From an uncultured Actinomycetota bacterium (GTDB lineage Bacteria > Actinomycetota > Actinomycetes > CAWDCV01), in assembly GCA_963801015.1 (NCBI GenBank), contig CAWDCV010000003.1, forward strand, positions 266,886-330,885: a stretch of DNA of 64,000 nucleotides, read 5' to 3'. Under the pieces are notes generated by a model. The model made no database searches. It saw nothing but the letters and a program-made list of their open reading frames with translations, and was not told the origin of the DNA. Numbering within the stretch: position 1 is the first letter of the stretch; each line of letters begins with the position of its first letter. Shown here piece after piece: positions 35,096-44,870 of the stretch. Made by a program: the position numbers and the translations under genes.

Positions 35096-36271
35096 GTGAG
35101 CATGTGGCGGTCGTGGGGCGACTCGGCAATGCCCCCGTGGGAGCGCTGGCACGGACCGGCGCCGGTCGTCGCGCTCTGGGTGTCCGCCGTCCAGCTGCTC
35201 GGCACGTACTTCGCCACGCACGACCAGACCGGCCCGACGCCGTTGGTGCCCTGGGGGATGGTCCTCCTCGCGGTCGGCGGTGTGTCACTAGCGTTCATGA
35301 ATCGCAGTCCCATGGGCGTCCTGGTCGTCACCCAGATCGCCACGATCGCGTACTACGTTCTCGGCTTTCCCGTTGACGGGCCGGTGTTCCTCGCGCTCTT
35401 CGTCGCCCTCGTCAACGCTGTGCTCAAGGGGTACGGCCGGTGGCCCTGGATCCTCTACACCCTCGGGCTGCTGGTGCGCTTCGTCCTGATTTGGGTTGTC
35501 CAGGACGAGCTTCCGAGCCCGGGTGCGCAGCTGGGCCAGGCGGCGTGGGGATACCTATTCCTGGCCGGTGCTGCGCTGTTTCGCAATCGCTCCGATCACT
35601 TCGCCGAGGTACGCCGCCGCCAGGCCGAGAGCCGGCGGCGTGAGGTGAGCGAGGAGCGGCTGCGCATCGCGCGCGAGCTGCACGATGTCCTGGCGCACAA
35701 CGTGTCGCTCATCAACGTGCAGGCGAGTACCGCGCTACACCTGATCGACGCCGAGCCAGAGCGTGCACGTACCGCGCTGGCCGCCATTAAGGAAGCCAGC
35801 CACGAGACGCTGCAAGAGCTACGCGCCACGGTCGGAGCGCTGCGGCAGGTCGACGAGGGCGCACCGCGCGCGCCGACGGCCGGTCTGGCCCGGGTGGACG
35901 AGCTGGTCCGGCAGACCGCGGACGCCGGACTGCGGGTGGATGTCGTTCGTCTCGGAGACCCTGGGCCGCTACCACCGCGCGTCGATCTCGCGGCCTACCG
36001 CATCGTGCAGGAGGCTCTCACCAACGTCCGACGCCATGCGGGTGTGGACGAGGCCTCTGTGACGCTGACGTACGGCCCGCGGGACCTGGGGATCGAGGTA
36101 TCGGACGCGGGTGCGGGGAATGGTCAGGTCGACAGCAACGCGATGGAGGGCCATGGCCTGCAGGGGATGCGAGAACGAGCGGCAGCGCTTGGGGGAACGC
36201 TGCACGCCGGACCGCGCCCGCAGGGTGGATGGAGCGTGGTGAGCGTGCTCCCCGTGACCTCGGACTCATGA
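35096..36271 (+). CDS. sensor histidine kinase, HisKA_3 (LiaS/DesK/NarX-like), intramembrane-sensing type
   Basis: About 5 N-terminal TM helices and no large extracytoplasmic loop. H-box RIARELHDVLAHNVSLINVQ. HATPase N/G boxes (EALTNVRRHA, DAGAG, GHGLQGMRERAAALGG). Confidence 0.85.
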   Translation: MSMWRSWGDSAMPPWERWHGPAPVVALWVSAVQLLGTYFATHDQTGPTPLVPWGMVLLAVGGVSLAFMNRSPMGVLVVTQIATIAYYVLGFPVDGPVFLALFVALVNAVLKGYGRWPWILYTLGLLVRFVLIWVVQDELPSPGAQLGQAAWGYLFLAGAALFRNRSDHFAEVRRRQAESRRREVSEERLRIARELHDVLAHNVSLINVQASTALHLIDAEPERARTALAAIKEASHETLQELRATVGALRQVDEGAPRAPTAGLARVDELVRQTADAGLRVDVVRLGDPGPLPPRVDLAAYRIVQEALTNVRRHAGVDEASVTLTYGPRDLGIEVSDAGAGNGQVDSNAMEGHGLQGMRERAAALGGTLHAGPRPQGGWSVVSVLPVTSDS

Positions 36272-36933
36272 CGCGCGTCCTGCTCGTCGACGACCAGGCA
36301 CTGGTACGTGCGGGCTTTCGCGCGCTGCTGGATGCGGAGCCGGACATCGAGGTGGTTGGCGAAGCGGCCGACGGCGAGGCGGCGGTACGACTGGCGGGGA
36401 GCCTGGTGCCCGACGTCGTGCTCATGGACATTCGTATGCCCGGCATGGACGGTCTGGCAGCGACCGCGCAGATCGGCAGCGATGCGCGACTCGCAGCCGT
36501 ACGCATCGTGGTCCTCACGACATTCGACCTCGATGAGTACGTGTTCGAGGCCCTGCGGGTCGGCGCCAGCGGGTTCCTCGTGAAGGACACCGAACCGGTG
36601 GATCTGCTGCACGCAGTTCGTGCGGTGGCGCGCGGCGACGCGTTGCTGTCCCCGGGGGTCACGCGTCGGTTGATTGCCGAATTCGCCACCCGCCTGCGTT
36701 CGCCGGGATCGGTACCAGGACTGGACTCGCTGACCGACCGGGAACGTGAGGTCGTCACGCTGGTCGGCGAGGGACTGTCGAACGACGAGATCGCGCGGCG
36801 GCTGTTCGTCAGCCCAGCGACCGCGAAGACGCACGTCAGCCGATCGATGATGAAGTTGGGTGCGCGGGATCGGGCACAGCTCGTGGTGTTCGCCTACGAG
36901 TGCGGGTTGGTTCGGCCGGGCTGGTTGTCCTGA
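36268..36933 (+). CDS. LuxR/NarL-family response regulator
   Basis: MTRVLLVDDQALVRAGF...DVVLMDIRMPGMDG receiver domain and C-terminal LTDREREVVTLVGEGLSNDEIARRLFVSPATAKTHV HTH. ATGA overlap with the kinase. Confidence 0.9.
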   Translation: MTRVLLVDDQALVRAGFRALLDAEPDIEVVGEAADGEAAVRLAGSLVPDVVLMDIRMPGMDGLAATAQIGSDARLAAVRIVVLTTFDLDEYVFEALRVGASGFLVKDTEPVDLLHAVRAVARGDALLSPGVTRRLIAEFATRLRSPGSVPGLDSLTDREREVVTLVGEGLSNDEIARRLFVSPATAKTHVSRSMMKLGARDRAQLVVFAYECGLVRPGWLS

Positions 36934-37084
36934 GTCGTTGGCCCTATCAGTGGGGTCTGACAAGAATCTTCGCCCGCTGCTTCTTATCCACAGGAGAATC
37001 GTCAAGAATTGTTTTACCGGGCCTGCAGCAATTCCTCTGTGGACGGCTCCGGAATTGTCGGCGGCTGGTTCTACGCTTTTCTGT

Positions 37085-38412
37085 ATGGCCGCCGATCTGG
37101 ATGTGGGCACGTCGGTACTCGACCGGCTGCGCAGTCTGCACCGCGACATCGATTTCGTGCTGGCCGCCGATGTGAGCGCCGGGTCCTCGACGGAGTTGAT
37201 CGAGGAGCTGCGGGAGCTGGAGCGGGCGGCCCGGCGGCTGCCCGCGGCGCGGTCGGCGCGCGTCGCGGAACTCGCCTCCCGCGGGGTCGCCGCCGAGCGC
37301 GGCTGCCGCTCCGATGCCGCGTTCCTGCGGCAGCTGCTGAACTGCTCCGCGGCGGAGGCCGGGTCGTGGCTGGCGCTAGGCGGACGAGCTGGTCCCGGGG
37401 CGGTCACTGTCGACCGGGGAGCTGCTCCCGCCGCGGCTGCCCGCGCTCGCTGCCGCGGTCGCGCACGGGTGAGGTCGGGCGCGGAGCAGGTGCGGCTGAT
37501 TCGGCACACGATGCGCCGCATCCCGAACACCGTTGATCAGCCCACCCGGGACAAGGCCGAACACGACCTGGTCGCGCACGCGCGCACCCTCGACCCGGAG
37601 CAGCTCAAGCACGCGTGCGCGCGGATGCTGATGTGCCTGGACCCGGACGGATCCCTCGGTTCCACCGACGACGAGCGAGCGGCGGCAGCGCGGGTTCACG
37701 ATCGGCCGGCAGGACCGGCACGGCATGTACCCCGTCACCGGCCTCCTCGACCCGGAGACCGGCGCCCTGCTGCGGGCCGCCCTCGAACCGCTCGCCGCGC
37801 CCAGGCACACCGCGCAGGAACGCGACATGCGGACCGTGTCGCAGCGGATGCACGACGCCGTCCGCGACGCCGCGAAACTCATGCTGAGCTCCGGTGACCT
37901 GCCATCGCAGGCCGGGGTGCCCACCACCCTGCTCATCACCGCGAAGCTCGACGACCTGGAACGCCGCACCGGGCACGTGACCACCGCCCACGGCGGCCTC
38001 ATCCCCATCCGCGACGTGCTCCGCCTCGCGGCGAACGCCCGGCTGGTGCCGGCGGTGTTCGACACCGACGGCGAACCACTGTGGCTCGGCCACGCCCAGC
38101 GCCTCGCGTCCAAACCCCAACGACAGATCCTCACTGTCATGGACAAGGGCTGCGTCTACCCCGGCTGCGACGTGCCCGCCACCAGGTGTGAGGTCATGCA
38201 CCTGCACCGACTGGGTCAACGGCGGACCCACCAACATCGACAACCTCGCCCTCGGCTGCGACTACCACCACCACCGCTTCGACGAATGGACACTGCAACG
38301 CCGCAACGGGCGGGTGTGGTGCACCCCACCGACGTGGGTCGACCCCGCCAAACGACCCAGAATCAACACGGTATTCCACGACCCCGAATTACCCATACCG
38401 CCACCCGAGTAA
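37085..38412 (+). pseudogene. DUF222/HNH endonuclease (REP13E12-like element), at least 4 frameshifts
   Basis: Homology hops between frames. It starts with MAADLDVG...ELASRGVAAERGCRSDAAFLRQLL...LALG, then DELVPGRSLSTGELLPPRLPALAAAVAHG (~37383-37469), then AEQVRLIRHTMRRIP...LDPDGSLGSTDDER. It continues with RGFTIGRQDRHGMYPVTGLLDPETG...GCVYPGCDVPATRCEV and ends with DWVNGGPTNIDNLALGCDYHHHRF...*. Confidence 0.8.
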
Positions 38413-38581
38413 TTCGCCACAGAATTCGTACCGCATGGAGCGTATGGCCGCGAGGCGGCGTACTGCACTGGATGTAGGCGAGATCGACCCTGCGGGGCGA
38501 CGACGATGGGCGTTCGCGCGAGCAGGCTGGTTCCCGAGCGTCGGCACGAGAGCCGGCAGTGCACGAGGAGATGAGAACGCG

Positions 38582-39034
38582 ATGAGTACCAGCGAACAGG
38601 AGGCGGGACCGCGGCGGGTACGTGCCGGCGATGCTGAACGGGAACGAGCGGTCGAGCAGCTGCGACGCCACCACGAGGAAGGACGGCTCGACAGCGGCGA
38701 GTTCACCGAGCGCATGGAGGTGGCGCTGGCGGCTCGCTGGGTCGACGAACTTCCGGGGTTGCTCACCGACCTTCCTGGTCTCGACCGGGTCGCGTCGACT
38801 GAGCCGCAGAGCCGCGCGCGAAAGGGCGCTCGTGACCGGCGCGGGCAGTGGCGTCCGTTCGCTCCCGTGGTTGCTGCGATCGTCGCGGTCGTGGTGGTGC
38901 TCGCAGTGATCGGATCGATCGGCGCTATCGCGAACGGGTTCTTCCCGTTCCCGCTGCTCTGGCTGCTGTTCGGGCTCTTCCTGTTCAAGCCGTGGTTCCG
39001 GCACCGGTTCCATCACGCGAGTCGCCAGCAGTAA
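38582..39034 (+). CDS. DUF1707 domain-containing membrane protein
   Basis: RVRAGDAERERAVEQLRRHHEEGRLDSGEFTERMEVAL is the DUF1707 (SHOCT-like) motif, followed by C-terminal TM helices. ATG 38582 follows GAGGAG. Confidence 0.75.
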   Translation: MSTSEQEAGPRRVRAGDAERERAVEQLRRHHEEGRLDSGEFTERMEVALAARWVDELPGLLTDLPGLDRVASTEPQSRARKGARDRRGQWRPFAPVVAAIVAVVVVLAVIGSIGAIANGFFPFPLLWLLFGLFLFKPWFRHRFHHASRQQ

Positions 39035-40585
39035 CTACAGGGTCAGCCGCCCGTCGGCGATGTCGCGGGCGAGCTGAACCAGGGTGCGAACGCCGGCGCC
39101 GGTCCCGCCCTTGGGGGTGTAGCCGTACGCCTCGCCCTCATTGAAAGATGGCCCGGCGATGTCGAGGTGGACCCAACGCAGCCCGTCCGGGACGAACTCG
39201 CGCAGGAACAGGCCAGCCACGAGCATCCCGCCAAAGCGTTCACCCATGTTGGCGATGTCGGCCACGTCGGTGTCCATCGACTTCCGCAGCTCATCCGGCA
39301 GCGGCATGGGCCACATCTGCTCTCCGGCCCGGGTCGCGGCGTCGTGGACTGAAGCGCGCACCGCGTCGTCGTTGGACATGATCGCCGAGGTACGGCTGCC
39401 CAGTGCGATGAGCTGCGCGCCGGTGAGCGTGGCAATGTCGACGAGCAAGTCCGGCTTCTCCTCGCTGGCTCGCACGATCGCGTCGGCGAGCACGAGCCGG
39501 CCCTCGGCGTCGGTGTTGAGCACCTCCACAGTGCGGCCGCCATACATGGTGAGCACGTCCGACGGTCGCTGCGCCGTGCCGGACGGCATGTTCTCGGCCA
39601 GCGGCGCCCACCCCGTGACGTTGACCGGGATGCCGAGCTGCGCGATGGCGACCATCGCGGCGACGACGGCGGCAGCGCCGCTCATGTCGGCTTTCATCCA
39701 CTCCATGCCCTGGGACGTCTTCAGCGACAGGCCGCCAGAGTCGAACGTGATGCCCTTGCCGACGAGGGCGAGATGCTTGGTGGCCTTGCGCGGTCGGTAC
39801 GCGATCCGGACCAGGCGCGGCGGGTTCGTCGAGCCCTGCCCGACACCGAGGATGCCGCCGTAGCCGCCGTCGGCGAGGGCGGATTCGTCGAGCACCTCCA
39901 CGTCGAGGCCGACCTTGTGCTCGCGCGGCAGGCCGGCGGCAATGTCGGCGAACTCCACCGGATGCAGGTCAGACGCTGGCGTGTTGACCAGGTCCCGGGT
40001 GAGGCGTACCGCCGCAGCGACGGTCGTCGCGTCGTTGACGGCCGCCTTGACGGCCTTGTCCTTGGCGCTGGGGGTGAGCAGAACCAGCTGCTCGACACCG
40101 GGCTTGTGCTCGGGCTGCGAGGCGACGCGGTAGCGGTGGAAGGTGTACGACCCGAACAGCGCGCCCTCGGCGACCGCCCCCGCCTGCGCGGCGCTGCTGG
40201 CGGGCAGCGCCAACCCCACCGAAGCCGTCCCCGCTAACGCCCGAACGGCTGCGCCCGCGGCGCGGCGCAGCGCCTCGAGATGAGCGGGATCGTCGGCGTC
40301 GTCCGATGCTGGCCCGAGTCCGACCACGACCACGACATCTGCGCGCAGCGCACCCAGGGTGGCGACCTTCGTCACGCCGCCGACCGTGCCGGTGCCGCCG
40401 AGGGCGGCCACCGTGCTGGCGAGGCGGCCACGCAGTGCCTTGTCGACGGCTCGCGCCTCGCTGCTGAGGACGAGATCGCCCGTGCCGTTGGAGCCGCGAG
40501 TGCCGGCTCCCGGTCGTACGCCGACGACGAGCGCATCCAGGGCGGCCTTAGCGGCGTCGGTCTTGCTCAGGCGAATTGTGATCAA
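39035..40585 (-). CDS. pepA: leucyl aminopeptidase (M17)
   Basis: [15 protein letters not shown] and the [14 protein letters not shown]17 signature. Confidence 0.95.
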   Translation of the reverse strand: MITIRLSKTDAAKAALDALVVGVRPGAGTRGSNGTGDLVLSSEARAVDKALRGRLASTVAALGGTGTVGGVTKVATLGALRADVVVVVGLGPASDDADDPAHLEALRRAAGAAVRALAGTASVGLALPASSAAQAGAVAEGALFGSYTFHRYRVASQPEHKPGVEQLVLLTPSAKDKAVKAAVNDATTVAAAVRLTRDLVNTPASDLHPVEFADIAAGLPREHKVGLDVEVLDESALADGGYGGILGVGQGSTNPPRLVRIAYRPRKATKHLALVGKGITFDSGGLSLKTSQGMEWMKADMSGAAAVVAAMVAIAQLGIPVNVTGWAPLAENMPSGTAQRPSDVLTMYGGRTVEVLNTDAEGRLVLADAIVRASEEKPDLLVDIATLTGAQLIALGSRTSAIMSNDDAVRASVHDAATRAGEQMWPMPLPDELRKSMDTDVADIANMGERFGGMLVAGLFLREFVPDGLRWVHLDIAGPSFNEGEAYGYTPKGGTGAGVRTLVQLARDIADGRLTL

Positions 40586-40638
40586 TGAAGGGTCCTGTCA
40601 TCGGCTCTAGTAACCGGCCGATGCTAGCGTCGGTCTGC

Positions 40639-41757
40639 GTGACGTTCGCTCCTGCAGCCGGGCTCCGGCACAGCCCTCTGTACGAGCGGCACGCAGCACT
40701 CGGGGCGAAGCTCGCCGACTTCGGCGGGTGGGAGATGCCCATCGAGTACCCGGGTGGCGGCGTCATCAAGGAACACACCGCGGTCCGTACGGCTGTGGGC
40801 ATCTTCGACGTCAGCCATCTCGGCAAGGCGGCGATTCGCGGCGAAGGTGCCGCGGCGTTCGTCCAGGAGACGTTGAGCAACGACCTGGACCGCATCCACC
40901 CGGGCAAGGCGCAGTACACGCTCTGCATCGACGATGCGTCCGGTGGCGTCGTCGACGACCTGATTGCCTACCTGCGTGGCAGCGACGACGTGTTACTCGT
41001 GCCCAATGCCGCCAATGCCGTCGGCGTCATCCAGCGGCTGCGTGACGCCGCTCCAGCGTCGGTCGAGGTCGTCGACGAGCACGAGGCGTACGGCGTGCTC
41101 GCGGTGCAGGGTCCGAACAGCGCTCAGCTCCTCGCTGACGTGGGCATCAGCACCGGACACGACTACATGTCCTTTGTGGAAACCAGCTGGCAGGACCGCG
41201 ACGTCGTCGTCTGCCGAACCGGCTACACCGGTGAGCACGGCTACGAGCTGCTGCCTCGGTGGGACGACACGGGGGACCTGTGGGACGCGTTGCTCGAGGC
41301 CGGGCAGGCGTACGGCGGCCTGCCGTGTGGCCTCGGTGCCCGCGACACGCTGCGTACCGAGATGGGGTACCCGCTTCACGGGCAGGACCTCACTCTCGAC
41401 ATCACCCCGGTCCAGGCCCGACTCGGCTGGGCCGTTGGCTGGAAGAAGCCTGCGTTCTGGGGACGCGACGTCCTCGTCGCTGAGCGGGAAGCCGGGCCGC
41501 GGCGATTGCTGCGCGGACTAGAAGCCACGGATCGGGGTATCCCTCGACCGCACATGCAGGTACGCGGCAGCGACGGCGCGTCCGTGGGCGAGGTCACCAG
41601 CGGCACCTTCTCGCCGACGCGGCGCATCGGGATCGGCCTTGCCCTCCTGGCGTCGGACGTGAGCGAGGGAGATGTCGTCTCCGTCGACGTGCGCGGTCGC
41701 ACGTCTGCCATGCGCGTCGTCAAGCCACCGTTCGTTCAACCCTCTGCTGCGAGCTGA
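40639..41757 (+). CDS. gcvT: glycine cleavage system aminomethyltransferase T
   Basis: [29 protein letters not shown]..., [27 protein letters not shown] 40639 chosen; the ORF-track start 40585 abuts the pepA start. Confidence 0.95.
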   Translation: MTFAPAAGLRHSPLYERHAALGAKLADFGGWEMPIEYPGGGVIKEHTAVRTAVGIFDVSHLGKAAIRGEGAAAFVQETLSNDLDRIHPGKAQYTLCIDDASGGVVDDLIAYLRGSDDVLLVPNAANAVGVIQRLRDAAPASVEVVDEHEAYGVLAVQGPNSAQLLADVGISTGHDYMSFVETSWQDRDVVVCRTGYTGEHGYELLPRWDDTGDLWDALLEAGQAYGGLPCGLGARDTLRTEMGYPLHGQDLTLDITPVQARLGWAVGWKKPAFWGRDVLVAEREAGPRRLLRGLEATDRGIPRPHMQVRGSDGASVGEVTSGTFSPTRRIGIGLALLASDVSEGDVVSVDVRGRTSAMRVVKPPFVQPSAAS

Positions 41758-42458
41758 TGAGTTCTTCCTCCTCGATCCCGTCCGAACCCCATCCCACCGA
41801 CGACAAGCCCAGCCCCGCGCTGGACTGGCGGTCCATCGCGGGTGGTGCTGGGGCGGCGTCAATCGTCGCCTACGCAACCTCACGACTCGGTGTCGCCGGC
41901 ACGATCACCGGCGCGGCCATCATGTCGATCGTCGCTGCGGTGACGTCGACGTACATCGCGCGGGCCGCTCACCAAACCGAGCGGCAGGTCCGGAAGGTGA
42001 CTCAGCAGATGAGTGCCGCCGCGTCTGCGCACGCACCTACCGCGGCGGAGACGCACACATCTGAACCGGATGAGGCGCTGCCGCATCCGGAGCCAGTGCC
42101 CACACCAGAGACCGATAGCGACAACGAGGCCGAGCTTGAGACCAATGGCCAGGGCTGGCCCTGGCGCAGGATGGCCATCCTCGCCGGTGTGCTCTTCGCC
42201 GCGACGATCGCCGTCGTCTACTTCGTCGGCATCGCCAGCAATGCGGAGCAGCCGCTTGCCCCGCGCGAGTCCGCACCGCAACCTGCCGCCACGGATCAGA
42301 CCGACCAGCAACCGGCTCCCACGGATGACGGGGCGCCAACGCCGAGCCCAAGCGCATCGGCCACGTCGACCGCCACGTCAAGCCCGACGTCCTCGGCCAC
42401 CACGACGAGGACGCCCACCGATCCCCCCGGCACCCCCTCACCGACGAGCGGAGGATGA
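41757..42458 (+). CDS. hypothetical membrane protein with Pro/Thr/Ser-rich C-terminus
   Basis: 233 aa, two hydrophobic segments, low-complexity tail (SPSASATSTATSSPTSSATTTRTPTDPP). Start overlaps the gcvT stop (TGATG), and its stop overlaps the next start (ATGA). Confidence 0.55.
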   Translation: MSSSSSIPSEPHPTDDKPSPALDWRSIAGGAGAASIVAYATSRLGVAGTITGAAIMSIVAAVTSTYIARAAHQTERQVRKVTQQMSAAASAHAPTAAETHTSEPDEALPHPEPVPTPETDSDNEAELETNGQGWPWRRMAILAGVLFAATIAVVYFVGIASNAEQPLAPRESAPQPAATDQTDQQPAPTDDGAPTPSPSASATSTATSSPTSSATTTRTPTDPPGTPSPTSGG

Positions 42459-43186
42459 GCATGCGTCCTCTCGTCGGCATCACCGCCTACGCCGAGAAGG
42501 CCCGCTGGGGTGTCTGGGGCGACGTCCCCGCCGTGCTGCTGCCGGAGCGGTACGTCGCGCATGTGTCGGCCGCGGGCGGCATCCCCGTCCTGCTGCCGCC
42601 GCAGCCCGCTCCTGAGCTCGCCGATCGCCTCGACGCGCTCATCCTCGCCGGTGGGGCGGATATCGATCCGCGGCGGTATGGCGAGCAGCACGAGACGGGG
42701 CTGGAAGCGCTGCGCCCGGACCGGGACGAGGCGGAGCTGGCCCTCCTCGACGCTGCGGTCGAGCGCGATCTTCCGACGCTCGGGATCTGCCGCGGCATGC
42801 AGCTGCTCTGCGTGGCCCACGGGGGAACGCTGATCCAGCACCTTCCCGACGTCGTCGGTCATGACAAGCATCGCGCGGTCGTGGGGGAGTACTCCTATCA
42901 CGATGTGTCGACCGACCCGGGCAGCCGGCTTGCCGGCATCCTCGGTCGGGACGCAAACGTGCTCTCATACCACCATCAGGGAATCAAATCGTCGGGTCGG
43001 CTCACGCCATCTGCGTGGGCCTTCGACGGCACGATCGAAGGTGTGGAGGATCCACACCGACGTTTCCTCGTCGGTGTGCTCTGGCATCCCGAGGCCGGTA
43101 CCGACGGGCGGCTGTTCCAGAGCCTGGTGGCCGCGGCATCGAACGGCCTGGAGAACCGCGTGTCGCAGGTTGCGCACGCGCCGTAG
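42455..43186 (+). CDS. gamma-glutamyl-gamma-aminobutyrate hydrolase family protein (peptidase C26, class I GATase-like)
   Basis: LGICRGMQLLCVAHGG nucleophile Cys elbow; HHQG and WHPE motifs. Confidence 0.85.
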   Translation: MSMRPLVGITAYAEKARWGVWGDVPAVLLPERYVAHVSAAGGIPVLLPPQPAPELADRLDALILAGGADIDPRRYGEQHETGLEALRPDRDEAELALLDAAVERDLPTLGICRGMQLLCVAHGGTLIQHLPDVVGHDKHRAVVGEYSYHDVSTDPGSRLAGILGRDANVLSYHHQGIKSSGRLTPSAWAFDGTIEGVEDPHRRFLVGVLWHPEAGTDGRLFQSLVAAASNGLENRVSQVAHAP

Positions 43187-43207
43187 GAGGGAAACCCTCA
43201 GACAGCC

Positions 43208-44089
43208 ATGGAGAGACAGCCATTGCCCACGGGCAACGACCAGACCGCAATCATCCCCCAACTCGGCGAGGACCACTTCGACGTGGTCATGCGCGGGTAC
43301 GACCGACGCCAGGTCGACGAGCGCGTCGCGCGGCTGCGCAGCCGCGCTCAGGAGCTCGAGAGACGGCTGGAAGCAGCGCAAACCGACGCCTCCGATGCGT
43401 GGCGCGAGGTGGAGAGCTTCCGGCAGTCGGCCACCCACGCGGCGCCCACCGCACAGCAGCTCGGCGACCGCATCACCGGCCTCCTGCGGCTTGCCGACGA
43501 GGAGGCGACCGCTCGTCGGTCCGCCGCCAAGGTCGACGCCGACCGTCTCACCAAGGAGGCGGAGGAGCGGACCAAGCAGGCCCTGAGCGAGGCCGAGGAG
43601 CGGGCGCGCAAGATCCTGACTGAGGCGGAAGAGAAGTCTCGGCGAAGCGACATCGACGCCCGGCGTCGCATCGACAGTCTCGAGCGGCACCACACCGACC
43701 TCGTGCAGCGGATGACCCGGATGCGCGACGTCCTCGTCGATCTCCTCGGGCAGGAGCGGGCGGCGAGCGAGGCCGCGAAGCCCGCTCCAGGTTCCGCGCC
43801 GGCGGGACAGCCGGGCACACCGGGTGGCAAGGCGGAAGAGTCGGTCCGGATCGTTGCCGCGCAATCGTCACCAGCGCCCGCCACGAACGGCCCCGCCGAG
43901 CCGGTGCAGCCCGGCGCCGAGGGACCGGCCCGACCGAACGGTCGCGACGAGCCGCAGCGGCCCGCTCAGGGCGGACCACCGCGACCTCAACCGCCGACGA
44001 CTCAGCCAGCAACGAGCCAGCCATCAACGAGTCAGCCATCAACTCAGGGACCGATTACTCAGGGGCAGAGCGGGCAACGTCGTAGCTAG
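43208..44089 (+). CDS. DivIVA domain-containing coiled-coil protein
   Basis: FDVVMRGYDRRQVDERVARL is the DivIVA N-terminal motif. It is followed by a long coiled coil and a Pro/Gln/Ser/Thr-rich tail. Confidence 0.8.
   Translation: MERQPLPTGNDQTAIIPQLGEDHFDVVMRGYDRRQVDERVARLRSRAQELERRLEAAQTDASDAWREVESFRQSATHAAPTAQQLGDRITGLLRLADEEATARRSAAKVDADRLTKEAEERTKQALSEAEERARKILTEAEEKSRRSDIDARRRIDSLERHHTDLVQRMTRMRDVLVDLLGQERAASEAAKPAPGSAPAGQPGTPGGKAEESVRIVAAQSSPAPATNGPAEPVQPGAEGPARPNGRDEPQRPAQGGPPRPQPPTTQPATSQPSTSQPSTQGPITQGQSGQRRS
44003..44047. repeat. 15-bp x 3 in-frame tandem repeat in the DivIVA-like gene tail
   Basis: CAGCCAGCAACGAGC / CAGCCATCAACGAGT / CAGCCATCAACTCAG, encoding QPATS-QPSTS-QPSTQ. 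Confidence 0.8.
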
Positions 44090-44120
44090 AGCCGCACCCC
44101 GGGGAGAAGGCGAGCCCACC

Positions 44121-44519
44121 GTGGCCGAGCAGACCCGCTCCGCATCCGTCGATGCCCCCGCCGAGCAGCTGTTCGACTACCTGTCCGACATCGAGAACCT
44201 GCCGCGCTACTTCGACTCGATGACGTCCGCAGAGCCTGCCGGAGGCGACGCGGTACGGACGACGGCCAATGTCGACGGTCAGAAAGTGGAAGGCGAGGCG
44301 TGGTTCCGCGTCGACGATGACGCTCGCCACATCGAGTGGGGATCCGAGGGACCGAACGACTACTCGGGCTGGCTGCGCGTCGCCAACGGCGACGATGGCG
44401 GCTCGACGGTCGAGGTGCACGTGTCGACCGGGCGGGCGGCCAACGGCGACGTCGATGAGGGCCTCGAGCAGACGTTGGACAACATCAAGCGGCTCGTGGA
44501 GGAGCAGAGCGCGGCCTGA
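44121..44519 (+). CDS. SRPBCC (polyketide cyclase/dehydrase-like) family protein
   Basis: From GTG 44121: VAEQTRSASVDAPAEQLFDYLSDIENLPRYF..., a typical SRPBCC N-terminus. GGGGAGAAGG lies upstream. The ORF-track extension overlaps the DivIVA gene. Confidence 0.75.
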   Translation: MAEQTRSASVDAPAEQLFDYLSDIENLPRYFDSMTSAEPAGGDAVRTTANVDGQKVEGEAWFRVDDDARHIEWGSEGPNDYSGWLRVANGDDGGSTVEVHVSTGRAANGDVDEGLEQTLDNIKRLVEEQSAA

Positions 44520-44545
44520 ACCCCGGGCCCTGCTCTCCGTTGCCG

Positions 44546-44870
44546 TCAGCCCAGGTCGAGGCGGTCGAGCCAGAGGTCGAGTAGCTCTCGCGACCCCAGC
44601 ACGTCCACCTGCGAGTGGTCGACCGACCGGCGGCGATAGATCACGGCGAGCACATCGGTAAGTGGGCCGCGCAGGGCGACCGCCGCTTTCTCGTAACTGC
44701 GCCGCCAGGTCAGACCGTCGGAACCGGACTCGATGAACCACTCGGCCGCGAGGTCAGGATCGGTGTCGGCGGCGTGTAGGCGAAGGCTCGCCGCTGAACC
44801 ATGCAGTCGATCGAGCGCCGGCCCGTGGTCCGGACGCGGACTAGCGACGTTCTCGAGTAGCTCGTACCGT
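44546..44870 (-). pseudogene. C-terminal fragment of a maleylpyruvate isomerase-family (mycothiol-dependent, DinB-like) protein
   Basis: ...LRLHAADTDPDLAAEWFIESGSDGLTWRRSYEKAAVALRGPLTDVLAVIYRRRSVDHSQVDVLGSRELLDLWLDRL matches the C-terminal domain of that family. The N-terminal metal-binding DinB domain is absent. Confidence 0.5.

Noticed and set aside
36124-37530. 468-aa minus-strand ORF spanning the response regulator and the DUF222 element
   Set aside because: It is antisense to a bona fide response regulator. The product is Ala/Arg/Ser-rich without motifs.
40586-40638. Glycine riboswitch upstream of gcvT, and a cobalamin riboswitch upstream of cobU (50228-50241)
   Set aside because: The available intergenic spaces (about 50 nt and 14 nt) are far too short for either riboswitch, and no conserved cores were seen.
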